Positions 7,341 to 17,255 are shown, counted from the first letter of the stretch. The stretch is 64,000 bases of DNA from Candidatus Pacearchaeota archaeon (GCA_041656875.1 JBBACR010000001.1:325386-389385), one strand, 5' to 3'. The notes: generated by a model not told the origin, from the sequence alone. A program made the numbers and translations.

Positions 7341-9539
7341 TTATTTTTTTATAAATGATAATGTATTTCCGTTAACTATTGCAATATAATATCCAGCAGA
7401 TAAATTTTCAACATTAATTGATTCTTCATCTGTAATTTCTTTTTCTATTACAGAAACACCATTTGCACCTATAATTTTTACTTTAGATGTTCCTATATTT
7501 TTAATTTTAATATAATCAGTTGTAGGATTTGGATATATTGAAATTTCATTTGTAATAATACCAACGGCCGTAGTATCTCCAACCGATGTAGTATCTTCAA
7601 TTCCTGCTTGAATAATTATGATTGTTTTTGATACGTTGCCTACAGGTTTTACCTCATCTGCCGCATATACTGTGATTTTAGCAGTTCTCTTTGTTTTTGT
7701 CGTATTTGCGCTTGCGGTAAATGATATTGAGTTTTGATTGCCAACAGTAGTTACAGTTAACCATGTTTGGTCAGAATTTACTTGTATGTAACCTGCATTT
7801 GATATTGCATACAGATTTTTAAAATTCGATGAACTTGATAAGACAATTGTTGCTGTATCAATTGTTATAATAACATCAGCAGGTTCTTGGGTAACAATTA
7901 TTGAATCTTTTACATTTCCTGCCCAAACAGTAACCTTTGCATGTCGGGGTATTGACATTGGATTTGCTTGTGCAGTAAATGTAATTACAGAATTTGTGAT
8001 TGCTGCAGTTAACCATGGTTCTGATGAAATTGGATAAAGCGAAGTATTTGAAGTAACTGTTACTGTTGCAATACTGTTAGTATCTTTACCAATACTTATA
8101 GAATCTTTCAAAATTGTTATTGTGCCATTGCCTGGTTTTTGTATAATCGTTAATGTTTTAGATGCGGGAACTCCTTTAATTGAATAAAGAATATGTGCTG
8201 TAGCAGTTCGAGTGGTTACATTTGGGTTTTCTTCAATTGCTTTAAATTCAATTGTTCCATTTCCATTTGTTTGCAAATTACTTGTGGTTAACCAAGAATC
8301 ATTTGATTCAACAGTCCATGTTGCATTTGATGATACATTGAAAGATACCGTACTGTTTTTTGTGTAATCAATTGTTGCAGTCGTTGAAACAAGGTCAATA
8401 TATTCGATACCTGCAGGTTGTGTAATTGTTATGATTTGGTCAGCAATGCCGTTTCCTTTAATTGTAACTGTTGCAGTTCTGTCAATAAGTGTTGGATTTA
8501 CAGATGCAATCAAGTTAATAGTTGTTCCATTTGTTGTTAAACTTAACCATGTTTGGTCAGATGTAGCAGTCCATTGTACATTTGCATCAATTGTAACATT
8601 TGCTGTATTTACAATATTAATAGTATTTGATGTAACGGATATGTATGGACTTTCGCCTTCTTGCACAATTGTCAAAGTATCTGCTATTGTATCCGCATAA
8701 CTAGTTGAATTGGTAGTTAATTGTGTTGTTGCTATTACAATTTTTGCAGTTCTTTTTGATGTAGTATGATTTGCTGATAACGTATATGAAACTGTACCGC
8801 CATCCAATCCAGTTGAATTATTAATAGTTATCCATGGCGAATCTGATGTTGCTGTCCAATCGCCTTGTCCTGTAAATGTGTTATCATATGATGCAGAAGT
8901 ACTTGGCACTGTATCAACCGTTTTTGTCAATAATACGCCATTCATTTCAAATATGTACGTAGATGCGGGGATAGTTACCAAGTTTTTATACAATTGCAAT
9001 GAACCGAACGGAACATAATAACTGACAGTATATGTACTATACGTTAAATTTGTAGGAGGGACTTTCGAGAAAAGATAAATGAAACTCCTATTTGCTTTTG
9101 TTCCACACAACGTGAACATTGCATATGAACCGATTGACGTTACATTTTTTGGTATAGCTAACCATCTAAGCGATGTGCATTGATAAAATGCGTATTTTCC
9201 GATTGCTGTCAATGATTGCGGTAATTTAATCCAAGTAATGACAAACCGATAAAACGCACTGTCGGGGAGTGCATTATTTGCATAAATTTTAGTTCCACTG
9301 TTATATTCAACAATGTTAGCATTTGATAAATCAACTGTCTTTAATTGATTTTTCATTGTTGTCATGAACACAAAATCACGGTAATCAATAGGACCAGTTA
9401 CGATTAAATCGGTAACTGTTGTAGTAGTAAATTTCACTGACATTTCGCCAGCGGCAGTAGAGTTGTACGTTGAGTACACTTGGGCGTTTACTGCGATTGC
9501 AATAAAAAATCCCGTCAATAAAAGGAATAGTTTTTTCAT
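7341..9539 (-). CDS. secreted BspA-type leucine-rich-repeat / multi-BACON protein with T9SS C-terminal sorting domain
   Basis: Signal peptide MKKLFLLLTGFFIAIAVNAQ; LRR_5-like AIGKYAFYQCTSL..IPKNVTSIGSYAMF; five W....WL BACON-like modules; C-term IYPNPTTDYIKIK...LSAGYYIAIVNGNTLSFIKK = T9SS CTD; degenerate class A promoter upstream. Confidence 0.7.
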   Translation of the reverse strand: MKKLFLLLTGFFIAIAVNAQVYSTYNSTAAGEMSVKFTTTTVTDLIVTGPIDYRDFVFMTTMKNQLKTVDLSNANIVEYNSGTKIYANNALPDSAFYRFVITWIKLPQSLTAIGKYAFYQCTSLRWLAIPKNVTSIGSYAMFTLCGTKANRSFIYLFSKVPPTNLTYSTYTVSYYVPFGSLQLYKNLVTIPASTYIFEMNGVLLTKTVDTVPSTSASYDNTFTGQGDWTATSDSPWITINNSTGLDGGTVSYTLSANHTTSKRTAKIVIATTQLTTNSTSYADTIADTLTIVQEGESPYISVTSNTINIVNTANVTIDANVQWTATSDQTWLSLTTNGTTINLIASVNPTLIDRTATVTIKGNGIADQIITITQPAGIEYIDLVSTTATIDYTKNSTVSFNVSSNATWTVESNDSWLTTSNLQTNGNGTIEFKAIEENPNVTTRTATAHILYSIKGVPASKTLTIIQKPGNGTITILKDSISIGKDTNSIATVTVTSNTSLYPISSEPWLTAAITNSVITFTAQANPMSIPRHAKVTVWAGNVKDSIIVTQEPADVIITIDTATIVLSSSSNFKNLYAISNAGYIQVNSDQTWLTVTTVGNQNSISFTASANTTKTKRTAKITVYAADEVKPVGNVSKTIIIIQAGIEDTTSVGDTTAVGIITNEISIYPNPTTDYIKIKNIGTSKVKIIGANGVSVIEKEITDEESINVENLSAGYYIAIVNGNTLSFIKK

Positions 9540-9567
9540 TTTGTTTAAGAATTGGTTAAATTATATG

Positions 9568-9610
9568 TAAAATCAAATATAAACTATATTTGATGTAATA
9601 GCAATAGAAA
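9568..9610 (-). promoter_or_regulatory. class A promoter element (degenerate copy), upstream of T9SS-CTD protein gene
   Basis: taaaatcaaatataaactatatttgatgtaatagcaatagaaa; minus strand carries TATATTTG (-7 box). Confidence 0.4.
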
Positions 9611-9632
9611 ATGAAATTATTTTCAAAAAAAG

Positions 9633-10445
9633 TTAAAATAATGTTACAGATTTTTCAACAAGTTTTTTTCCTTCAGTTATTTTTGCAAATTCTTTGATAA
9701 TTTTACGGAATTCTTCTGGAATTATTCGCAAAACGCGTTCTGCTAATTCATTAGGCAATTTTTCATAAAACACATATGCAAGGCCACAAGCAATTGCAGC
9801 CAATGTATCGGTATCTCCACCATGCATAATGCTTTCTCTAAGTACTTCGGTAAAATCATTTCCAGTAAAGAAACAATTGAATGCTTCATGAACACCTGTT
9901 ATCGAATGTAAAGAATTTTTACGTGTATCAACATCACCTGGTTTTTTGTATTCATAACCATATGTTGATTTCAACATTTTGTACAATTCAGATTTATCTT
10001 TGCAAGTTCGCGCCATGAATGTTACATGAGCAAGTTGCATTACAGCGTCAAGCGAATCTGTATGATTATGTGTGCATGATGATTGTTTTACAGCTTGTCT
10101 TAAAACTGTTGGCAAATCGTTGTAAAATAACGGAATTGATAACCCACGCATTGCTGAACCATTTCCATAGCTGTTGTACGCAGCTCTATCACCGGCAGTA
10201 TTTGCCCATTTTGTAAACATTCCGCCGTATCCCATTCTTGGGTATTTTCTAGCATATTTTTGAATCATCATATCAAATGGACGGTTTTTCAATAAAGCTT
10301 CAGAAACAGCCAATGTTAAAATTGTATCATCTGTAAAACGATTTGCCTTTGTTATAAATTTGAACTCTGGGCTGATATCAGTTTTCCATTCCTTTGTTGA
10401 CCCAACAACATCGCCGATTACAGCGCCAAGTAAAAAGTATTTCAT
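9633..10445 (-). CDS. ADP-ribosylglycohydrolase (ARH family)
   Basis: N-term LLGAVIGDVVGSTKEW and C-term GGDTDTLAAIACGLA match ARH metal-binding motifs. Confidence 0.7.
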   Translation of the reverse strand: MKYFLLGAVIGDVVGSTKEWKTDISPEFKFITKANRFTDDTILTLAVSEALLKNRPFDMMIQKYARKYPRMGYGGMFTKWANTAGDRAAYNSYGNGSAMRGLSIPLFYNDLPTVLRQAVKQSSCTHNHTDSLDAVMQLAHVTFMARTCKDKSELYKMLKSTYGYEYKKPGDVDTRKNSLHSITGVHEAFNCFFTGNDFTEVLRESIMHGGDTDTLAAIACGLAYVFYEKLPNELAERVLRIIPEEFRKIIKEFAKITEGKKLVEKSVTLF

Positions 10446-10446
10446 G

Positions 10447-10761
10447 TTATGCCATTTGTTTTTTTAATTCAGCAATTCTTTTTTCTAAATTTTCTATAGT
10501 ATTTTGCAGTTCAACATTATCCTTGAATGCGTCAACCGTAATTATTTGTAATCCTTGATATAATTTTGTAGCGGATTCATTAATATGTTTCAACGCTGTT
10601 TTTTTGGTTCCTAATAAATTTGAACTAATGAAAGGGTCAATCCCAACTCGAACGCGTTCTTTATAAACAGTATCAATACAGTATGTATCTTGTAACGTTA
10701 ATTTAATGTTATTTGCGATAATTGGTGTTCTTAATGTTTTGTTATGTTGTTGTAGTAACAA
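10447..10761 (-). CDS. hypothetical protein
   Basis: ORF track 104 aa. Confidence 0.4.
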   Translation of the reverse strand: MLLQQHNKTLRTPIIANNIKLTLQDTYCIDTVYKERVRVGIDPFISSNLLGTKKTALKHINESATKLYQGLQIITVDAFKDNVELQNTIENLEKRIAELKKQMA

Positions 10762-10764
10762 TTT

Positions 10765-11194
10765 TCACAATTCAACGTCAACATCTTTTTTATTACGTTC
10801 AGCATAAATTTTATGCACGATATCATAAAATGCAGCGGTAAATGTATCGTGACAAATAATTACAAGTGGTTTTGACCTGCGACCGTCTGCAATTGGAAAT
10901 TTTAACGATAAATTCATTCTTGATGAATTTTTTGCAATTGATGTTTTATCGCCATAAATTTTATGCACCCAAATTTTACCGTTTTTTTTCAGTAAATACC
11001 CATTTTACAGATTTTGTTTTGATTGTAGTATCTTCCATTTCAATAGTTGTACTGATGTTTTTCCATTTATTTGCAGGAATCAACGTTACATGCAAACCAA
11101 TTGCTTTTGCGTAGTTAAAAGCACCAGTTTCTCTAAAAAGTTCAAAATCTTTTAAATAAGATTGACGGATTTTTGGATTTTCAATTATTGTCAT
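10765..11194 (-). pseudogene. 2H phosphoesterase (LigT / 2'-5' RNA ligase-like) split by a frameshift in an A8 tract
   Basis: ORFs 10976..11194 (contains HVTL) and 10765..10968 (contains HDTF, table start is GTG) are offset by 1 nt across gaaaaaaaacgg at ~10983-10990; removing one A gives a continuous ~140-aa protein with two H-x-T-x motifs. Confidence 0.4.
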
Positions 11195-11217
11195 AAGTAG
11201 TGATTTTTAATGTTTTT

Positions 11218-11270
11218 ATCAATTAATTAAAATCAAATATACAACATTTATGATGCAATAGCAATAGTTT
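11218..11270 (-). promoter_or_regulatory. class A promoter element
   Basis: atcaattaattaaaatcaaatatacaacatttatgatgcaatagcaatagtt; minus strand = ...TATTGCTATTGC-N20-TATATTTG...; 23 nt upstream of ATG. Confidence 0.55.
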
Positions 11271-11276
11271 TGGCAA

Positions 11277-12197
11277 TTATTTTTGATAAATTTCGTGAAC
11301 TACAATTTTCATTTTTGCAATATCTTGCGAAACGATTCTTAAAGCTTCATCTCGATTATTTTTTTCAGGATACTCTCTTACGCATTCATCACCAATCCAT
11401 AACATTGCTTTATATGAACGGCTTTTCACAACGTCTTCAACCGTTACATTTAATTTCACAATATCATTTGAAACAATTACATCATCCTCAACAACTTTCG
11501 GTTGTTCATTGTTTACTGTATTAAATGATACGTCCAATGTTTTCTTTTGTTGTTCTAATCTTTGCGTTCTGAGATTTTCATCAATATCATCTTGATTAAG
11601 ACCAAGTTGTCCGTATAAACTTGCAGATTCAACCTTGACTGGGATTCCTTTATAATCAATACATGCTTTTTCATAAATATTCAAATCTTCAACATCTGGT
11701 AACAATGTATCTGAATCAAAGCCATCAACTTTTGATAAATAATACTTTATGACATGATACATATCAGGTCCAACAACGAATTTACAACGTTTATCGAAAA
11801 CATCATACATTCTTTTGTACTCTAACTTTGCAACTTCGCCTACTGTGTTTGCGATACGATATTTTAAAATGGTTTTTATAGACATATACATTCTATATCC
11901 AATTGTTGATTTTGGAAATTTGTCTTTAACTATAAACGAATAGCTATTCTCGCTTCCTTCAATCAATCGCGTACATGTTCCATTTTTATGAAACTTATAA
12001 ATAGAATATGGCAAAGTTACAATATCTCGTACTTTTATAATATAGTCATCCGAATAAGTCCATGGCATATTCAGTATGTGCGCATAAAAGCTATAAATTA
12101 ATGAACTTTTTAATATGTGTAATTCAATACTTCTATTCGTTGCTGCTTGTCTGTACAATTCTGTTCCGTATACTGTCATATTCTTAATTGTTTTCAA
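11277..12197 (-). CDS. hypothetical protein (306 aa)
   Basis: ORF track; no recognised motif. Confidence 0.45.
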   Translation of the reverse strand: MKTIKNMTVYGTELYRQAATNRSIELHILKSSLIYSFYAHILNMPWTYSDDYIIKVRDIVTLPYSIYKFHKNGTCTRLIEGSENSYSFIVKDKFPKSTIGYRMYMSIKTILKYRIANTVGEVAKLEYKRMYDVFDKRCKFVVGPDMYHVIKYYLSKVDGFDSDTLLPDVEDLNIYEKACIDYKGIPVKVESASLYGQLGLNQDDIDENLRTQRLEQQKKTLDVSFNTVNNEQPKVVEDDVIVSNDIVKLNVTVEDVVKSRSYKAMLWIGDECVREYPEKNNRDEALRIVSQDIAKMKIVVHEIYQK

Positions 12198-12549
12198 TTA
12201 TAATTCCTAATGCTTTAGACAAAACCCGTTCTGTTAATGAATCAAAATCAGGTAATTCCAATTCATCATTTGTTTTGACTTTTATTGTTTTAAATGCAAC
12301 GCCATCAGCATCAAGTATTTCCATGCGATAAAATATTTCATCTCGTACATTAACACCAACTTCATAAGTTACAGTAAAGTCATTACTTAATTCATAAACT
12401 GCTTTAATTTTATGCGCATTTTTTGCAACAATTGATGCGGCTGTTATTTCGATTTTTTCATCAAAGAAAAAGTTTTCAATAACATCAATTTCTTCTGCTG
12501 CATTTATAATATGTTCGCATGAACTGCTTATGCTTATATTTAATTCCAT
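12184..12549 (-). CDS. hypothetical protein
   Basis: ORF track 121 aa. Confidence 0.4.
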   Translation of the reverse strand: MELNISISSSCEHIINAAEEIDVIENFFFDEKIEITAASIVAKNAHKIKAVYELSNDFTVTYEVGVNVRDEIFYRMEILDADGVAFKTIKVKTNDELELPDFDSLTERVLSKALGIIIENN

Positions 12550-12550
12550 T

Positions 12551-13087
12551 CTAACGTTTTTTAGGGTTCATTACATTGTCTAATGATAAATTGGCAGATT
12601 CCTTTGTTTTAAAGAAATTGTTTGTTCTTTTACGATACGTTGTTTTATAATCGTCAGAAACGTAAGTATCTTGACAAACTTTACCACTAGAATTGATAAA
12701 CCAATAAAAAGTTGGTATATGAATATTATCTTCGATAACAGTGCATATTACCTTAGTTCCATTTTTAAGTGAATACTTATGAGGAACACCAGGCGTTGTT
12801 GATTGCAATACTTCTTGAACAATAAGTGCTGTTTTTTCACCTATTCCATTACCTATTACTTTAACCTTGTCAGGTCTTAAGTAAACAGAATCGCCTTTTT
12901 TATATTTTGGCATTGCAAATTCAACAAAGAAATGTGGTTCTTTTGTTGGGTCAAACATGCATGGTGCTGATGTTGTGTTCCAGTACCATACGCCTACACC
13001 TCTATCTGATACCATGTCTCCTACGTTATATCCGCCAGGAAATTTTGATTTTAAAATAAATGTTCTTACTTGTGGCATATCTTTCAA
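12551..13087 (-). CDS. hypothetical protein
   Basis: ORF track 178 aa; class B motif upstream. Confidence 0.45.
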   Translation of the reverse strand: MKDMPQVRTFILKSKFPGGYNVGDMVSDRGVGVWYWNTTSAPCMFDPTKEPHFFVEFAMPKYKKGDSVYLRPDKVKVIGNGIGEKTALIVQEVLQSTTPGVPHKYSLKNGTKVICTVIEDNIHIPTFYWFINSSGKVCQDTYVSDDYKTTYRKRTNNFFKTKESANLSLDNVMNPKKR

Positions 13088-13092
13088 TTTTA

Positions 13093-13114
13093 AATTTTAT
13101 TTTATATACAGAAA
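13093..13114 (-). promoter_or_regulatory. class B motif
   Basis: gene-sense TTCTGTATATAAAATAAAATTT. Confidence 0.45.
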
Positions 13115-13116
13115 TT

Positions 13117-13368
13117 TCAATTAGTTTTACTTAATATTTCAAAATTATATGCATGACCTGTTTGTGAGACAACAAATTTAACTTTCATGCCAATATACGG
13201 TTTTATTGATTGCCGTTGCATATATCCTCGGCCGCCTACGTTTTTTGCATCTATTAATACTTGCGGATAACCTTCGCCATCAATTCCTCTTACACTATCA
13301 ATAAAATATGTTACCCCATCATCACCTAATACTGCAGCACTGTAACTGTCTTTTATTATTCCTTCCAT
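13117..13368 (-). CDS. hypothetical protein
   Basis: ORF track 83 aa. Confidence 0.35.
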   Translation of the reverse strand: MEGIIKDSYSAAVLGDDGVTYFIDSVRGIDGEGYPQVLIDAKNVGGRGYMQRQSIKPYIGMKVKFVVSQTGHAYNFEILSKTN

Positions 13369-13904
13369 TAAAAAATCACTTTTGCATTTTCGTTTAAATA
13401 TAATTCAGGATCGTAAGAAACATATTGAATTCTTGCAATATCGTGACAATGTTTATCACGAATTCCACCAGCATCAATTGCAAATGCAGCAGATACTTTC
13501 AATTCAGTTTCTTTATAAGTTTCTTTTGTTGCTGTTGTTGGAATCAATACTTTTAAGCCATTTCCTGACGGCGTGATAAAAGCAGCAAAAACGTAATTTA
13601 GTTTTGTTGCTCTTTTTTTCAAATCTTCAACATTTTCAACATGGTCAATGTCAAGACAAATGAATCCATTATATTCAGCCATTCCGTTTATAGAACGGGT
13701 AATGAATTGTCCTGTTGGCGTAAAAAGTGGCAACTTGTATTTAAGGTCCTCTCGTTTTTTCTTATCGGTTTCTTTGAAAATTGGTTCAACAAGATTCTTA
13801 AATTTGCCGTTTTTTATATCAGCAAGAATTTCGGTAATATCTCTATTGCCTGAAGGCGTTGTAACTTTTACAGATGGAAATTCGGAAACAATAAATTTAG
13901 ACAT
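13368..13904 (-). CDS. possible archaeo-eukaryotic primase-like (VirE-N / BT4734-like) small domain protein
   Basis: GFICLDIDH (hhhDhD-like), TPSGNGLKVLIP (sGxG motif), DKHCHDIARIQY; weak motif-level match only. Confidence 0.3.
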   Translation of the reverse strand: MSKFIVSEFPSVKVTTPSGNRDITEILADIKNGKFKNLVEPIFKETDKKKREDLKYKLPLFTPTGQFITRSINGMAEYNGFICLDIDHVENVEDLKKRATKLNYVFAAFITPSGNGLKVLIPTTATKETYKETELKVSAAFAIDAGGIRDKHCHDIARIQYVSYDPELYLNENAKVIF

Positions 13905-13916
13905 AATAAAAAGTTT

Positions 13917-14486
13917 TTAGTTAATACTTGTTGTTAATTCAATGCCGTTTTTTGCAGATTTATTGCGAATTGTGATTAAATAATCTTTAGCAATATTATA
14001 ATCATCAGTTGCTTTTTTCAATTCGTTTTTGAACCATGCAGAAACATTTGATTTTAATTTTGTTCCTATCGGGACAATATACGTTTTGCCATCAATGATA
14101 CTTTCAAAATATAATTTATGGTCAGCAATGTTTATAAGTTTACCAGGATGCAGAATTATTCGTTTTGATGAATAATAACGAGGTGATAAATAAGTTTCAC
14201 CAATTATTGGAGTGCCAGTAATTGATTGATTTGCAACAGGTTCAGCATATGTTGATTCGTATACAGTAACAATGCCTTTTGCAATATTTTCATCTATAAA
14301 TTTGCAAGTAAAACCGTTTTCATCAACGAATTCTTTTCCTTTTGCTGAACATTTACGAACATGATATGTTTTAACACCTTTCTCGAAAATGGAATCTCGT
14401 ATTTTCATTACTTTTACGAATTTTGCAAACCTTGATATTTCTGAAATATCAAGGACTTTTCCGATTAAATTTTCACCTGTTTCCAT
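13917..14486 (-). CDS. hypothetical protein; start revised from TTG (14501) to ATG METGENL
   Basis: Table start codon is TTG lying inside the class A promoter element; first ATG at 14484-14486. Confidence 0.45.
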   Translation of the reverse strand: METGENLIGKVLDISEISRFAKFVKVMKIRDSIFEKGVKTYHVRKCSAKGKEFVDENGFTCKFIDENIAKGIVTVYESTYAEPVANQSITGTPIIGETYLSPRYYSSKRIILHPGKLINIADHKLYFESIIDGKTYIVPIGTKLKSNVSAWFKNELKKATDDYNIAKDYLITIRNKSAKNGIELTTSIN

Positions 14487-14496
14487 AAATTTGTTT

Positions 14497-14547
14497 ATCA
14501 ATTAATTAAAATCAAATATACAACATTTTTTGTGCAATAGCAATGGT
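14497..14547 (-). promoter_or_regulatory. class A promoter element
   Basis: same 50-bp consensus. Confidence 0.55.
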
Positions 14548-14560
14548 TTTCTTGATTATT

Positions 14561-14698
14561 TTATAACGAATCAACCAAATTTCTAATGTCTTCTCTATTC
14601 TTCATAGATTCGGACGGGTAAACTGGCGTAAACAAAATATGTAAAAATTGAATAAGAAGGATTGCAATAAGGCAACAACCGATAAATAAATCTTCCAT
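14561..14698 (-). CDS. small hydrophobic protein (~45 aa), approximate coordinates
   Basis: Below ORF-track cutoff; MEDLFIGCCLIAILLIQFLHILF... single TM helix. Confidence 0.25.
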   Translation of the reverse strand: MEDLFIGCCLIAILLIQFLHILFTPVYPSESMKNREDIRNLVDSL

Positions 14699-14704
14699 AT
14701 TATT

Positions 14705-15295
14705 TTAGTTTCTAAGTTTTAACATTTCTCTGCGGTGTGCAACAAATTCAGATGGTTTCATATTGTCACAATCAATATCACCATGGTAATAACTCCAGCA
14801 TTCAAATGATGGTCGAATTGTTATGTATTCTTCTAATCCTTCTTTGACAAATTCATCAATTTTTGCTAGCATCAATTCCTCGTTTTTTTCGATTGCACTC
14901 GGATTATTTATTATGTTTATTTTATGGCATTCCCACGTTCCTTTTGAATGTATTAATGAATCAGCATTAATTGTTGGGTCATTTAAATGACTTGGTGCAA
15001 GATTTTTACAATCATCAATTGCAATCATCCATCTTTGGAATTCAGATATAAGCCATTGAAGTTTTTGGAACTTATCAGAACAAAAAGTATTTGAAATTTC
15101 ATTAGATAAATCCATGAAATTGTCTTTTGAGTTAGGTTTGAATGACATTTCAAAACAAGTCCATAAAGAACCATTCAATAATCTTTTACTTGCATCGTTT
15201 TTTATGTAATCTTGTTTTCGAGTAAGAACTAATGCATTCGGTATTGAGTATTGCAAATCAATTCTGAAGTTTACTTTTGTTTTCATAATTAGCAA
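14705..15295 (-). CDS. hypothetical protein
   Basis: ORF track 196 aa. Confidence 0.45.
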   Translation of the reverse strand: MLIMKTKVNFRIDLQYSIPNALVLTRKQDYIKNDASKRLLNGSLWTCFEMSFKPNSKDNFMDLSNEISNTFCSDKFQKLQWLISEFQRWMIAIDDCKNLAPSHLNDPTINADSLIHSKGTWECHKINIINNPSAIEKNEELMLAKIDEFVKEGLEEYITIRPSFECWSYYHGDIDCDNMKPSEFVAHRREMLKLRN

Positions 15296-15483
15296 TTTTG
15301 TTTAAAGTTAGACATTATAACTGCAATTTCGGATAATGTATTAGATAACTCATTACATGTAAGATACTGATTAGCATCATTTACATATTCTAATTCGATT
15401 TCTTCTGCCTTTTCAACGTCATTAAATCCACATTTGTTAAGGTCAAAATTAAAATTCCAAATTATATCTTCTGCTGTAATCAT
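15289..15483 (-). CDS. hypothetical small acidic protein
   Basis: ORF track 64 aa; class A promoter element 12 nt upstream. Confidence 0.4.
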   Translation of the reverse strand: MITAEDIIWNFNFDLNKCGFNDVEKAEEIELEYVNDANQYLTCNELSNTLSEIAVIMSNFKQNC

Positions 15484-15494
15484 GTTTTATTTTT

Positions 15495-15543
15495 ATCAAT
15501 TAATTAAAATCAAATATACAACATTATTTAAGCAATAGCAATT
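15495..15543 (-). promoter_or_regulatory. class A promoter element (divergent with class B element for the plus-strand RIPT array)
   Basis: same consensus. Confidence 0.55.
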
Positions 15544-15556
15544 TTTTACGATACTT

Positions 15557-15589
15557 TTTTATGAATATATAAAATAAATTATTAATATT
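15557..15589 (+). promoter_or_regulatory. class B motif heading the plus-strand RIPT-leader gene array
   Basis: TTTTATGAATATATAAAATAAATTATTAATATT then ATG. Confidence 0.45.
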
Positions 15590-15829
15590 ATGGAAAGAAG
15601 AATACCAACAATTGAAGAATTTTCAGCAAAGCCAGAAGAAACTAATGAAGCTGTTGGAACTGTAGACTTACATTTCAAAGCAAAAATGTTCTGTCAAGAA
15701 GTTTTGAAATTAGGAACAAAAAATAACTTATTTGATACTTATATGAAAAGTCATCAAATAAATCCAGATGATTTAAGCGATTTCATGGTAGCAGTTATTG
15801 AAAACATTCAAACAAATTATTTAGTATAA
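15590..15829 (+). CDS. RIPT-leader family protein (79 aa)
   Basis: MERRIPTIEEF leader; class B motif immediately upstream; first gene of plus-strand array. Confidence 0.55.
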   Translation: MERRIPTIEEFSAKPEETNEAVGTVDLHFKAKMFCQEVLKLGTKNNLFDTYMKSHQINPDDLSDFMVAVIENIQTNYLV

Positions 15830-16137
15830 TGAAAAAAAGAATACCCACTTTAGATGAACACATTAATGAATCAAAATTGAATGAATTTTGCACTACTACT
15901 GTTTATAAATTCTCTGGCTCTGCTTCTCAATGGAATGAATTGCTTAAACTTTTAGATAAACTTGAGAATAAGAAAGAATTGGCATATGATTCCGAAGATT
16001 TACCGTATGGTGCACAATCATTTGCAGTATTCGATATTTTGCCAAAAAAACCTGAGACAGTTAATTGTCATATCATAGATTTAGAAACATTAATTCCAAA
16101 AGACTTAATGAAATTTATTTCACCAATATCAAAATAA
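15829..16137 (+). CDS. RIPT-leader family protein (102 aa)
   Basis: MKKRIPTLDEHINE leader; start overlaps previous stop (TAATG). Confidence 0.55.
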   Translation: MKKRIPTLDEHINESKLNEFCTTTVYKFSGSASQWNELLKLLDKLENKKELAYDSEDLPYGAQSFAVFDILPKKPETVNCHIIDLETLIPKDLMKFISPISK

Positions 16138-16145
16138 TAAGATAA

Positions 16146-17255
16146 ATGAAAAATAGAATACCTACGTTTGATGATTTTTTATTCGAAAGAACACCAGATA
16201 AAATTCCACATCCAAAACATAAATGGTTTGAAGTTAATCCAAAAGATTATGACGATTTGGAAGATGATTTTTATAAATTGATTCAAACTGCATATAAAGA
16301 TGTTCCTGGCGGTCACTTGAAAGTTCAAAAACCAGATGACGTATTTGATGCTGGATGGACTTATTGGGTTGCAATGGATAATGATAATAATCCCGATTTT
16401 AATGTTGTGAAAGGTTATAAAGTAACACCATACGGTTATAAATCAGCAGTTGCAGGTCATGATGTTACAAAGGTATCAAAAACTGATTATCTTACTAAAT
16501 TTGCTGAAGATATGAGCAAACCTGGTAAATACGCTGAGGTTTCTGAAAAACTAGCAGAAATTCTTATCAATAAATATCATGTTCATATTGTATCAAATCC
16601 CGATGCAATTAAAGCAGTACTTGGTAAAAGCGATGTTGTGTTTTATGGCAAAAATCCTGAGAATCCTTCAATGCCTGGTGATGGATGGTATACACGAAAA
16701 ATTGCAGGCGGCGTTCATGCAAAAATATTAGTAGGAAAACCTATTGTACAGGAATCTGTTACAGAAGGACTTGATAACGGTAAACCTACCGTTTTAGTTC
16801 TTCACGGATATGAATCATCAGTATATCCTCCAAGATTAAAAGTATTATCTGCAGATTATAATTTATTAACGCCTGAAATGGATTATGACCATAACCAAGG
16901 ATTGTTTGAAAAAACATACCAAACGTATAAAAATGCAAATATTGATTTAATAGTCGGTTCATCAATGGGCGGATACTTTGGATATTATTTAGCATCATTA
17001 CTTGATGTTCCTGCTTTATTATTCAATCCCGCGGTAATCGAAACAACATCAGGCATCAAAAAACAAGAAGTTCGAAAAGGCAAATATAATCCTGCAATTT
17101 ATGTTGTTTCAGGCAAAGATGATGATATCGTTATTTCATGGAAACTTAAACAATGGTTTAAGGAAAACGCAAGAAACTATGAATTTATTACTGAAAACAT
17201 GGGACATCGCCCTTCCGATGAAACTTATATAAAATATGTTAAAAAATATGTATAA
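16146..17255 (+). CDS. RIPT-leader protein with C-terminal alpha/beta hydrolase domain
   Basis: MKNRIPTFDDFLFE leader; LVLHGYESS ... VGSSMGG (GxSxG nucleophile elbow) ... D ... H. Confidence 0.6.
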   Translation: MKNRIPTFDDFLFERTPDKIPHPKHKWFEVNPKDYDDLEDDFYKLIQTAYKDVPGGHLKVQKPDDVFDAGWTYWVAMDNDNNPDFNVVKGYKVTPYGYKSAVAGHDVTKVSKTDYLTKFAEDMSKPGKYAEVSEKLAEILINKYHVHIVSNPDAIKAVLGKSDVVFYGKNPENPSMPGDGWYTRKIAGGVHAKILVGKPIVQESVTEGLDNGKPTVLVLHGYESSVYPPRLKVLSADYNLLTPEMDYDHNQGLFEKTYQTYKNANIDLIVGSSMGGYFGYYLASLLDVPALLFNPAVIETTSGIKKQEVRKGKYNPAIYVVSGKDDDIVISWKLKQWFKENARNYEFITENMGHRPSDETYIKYVKKYV

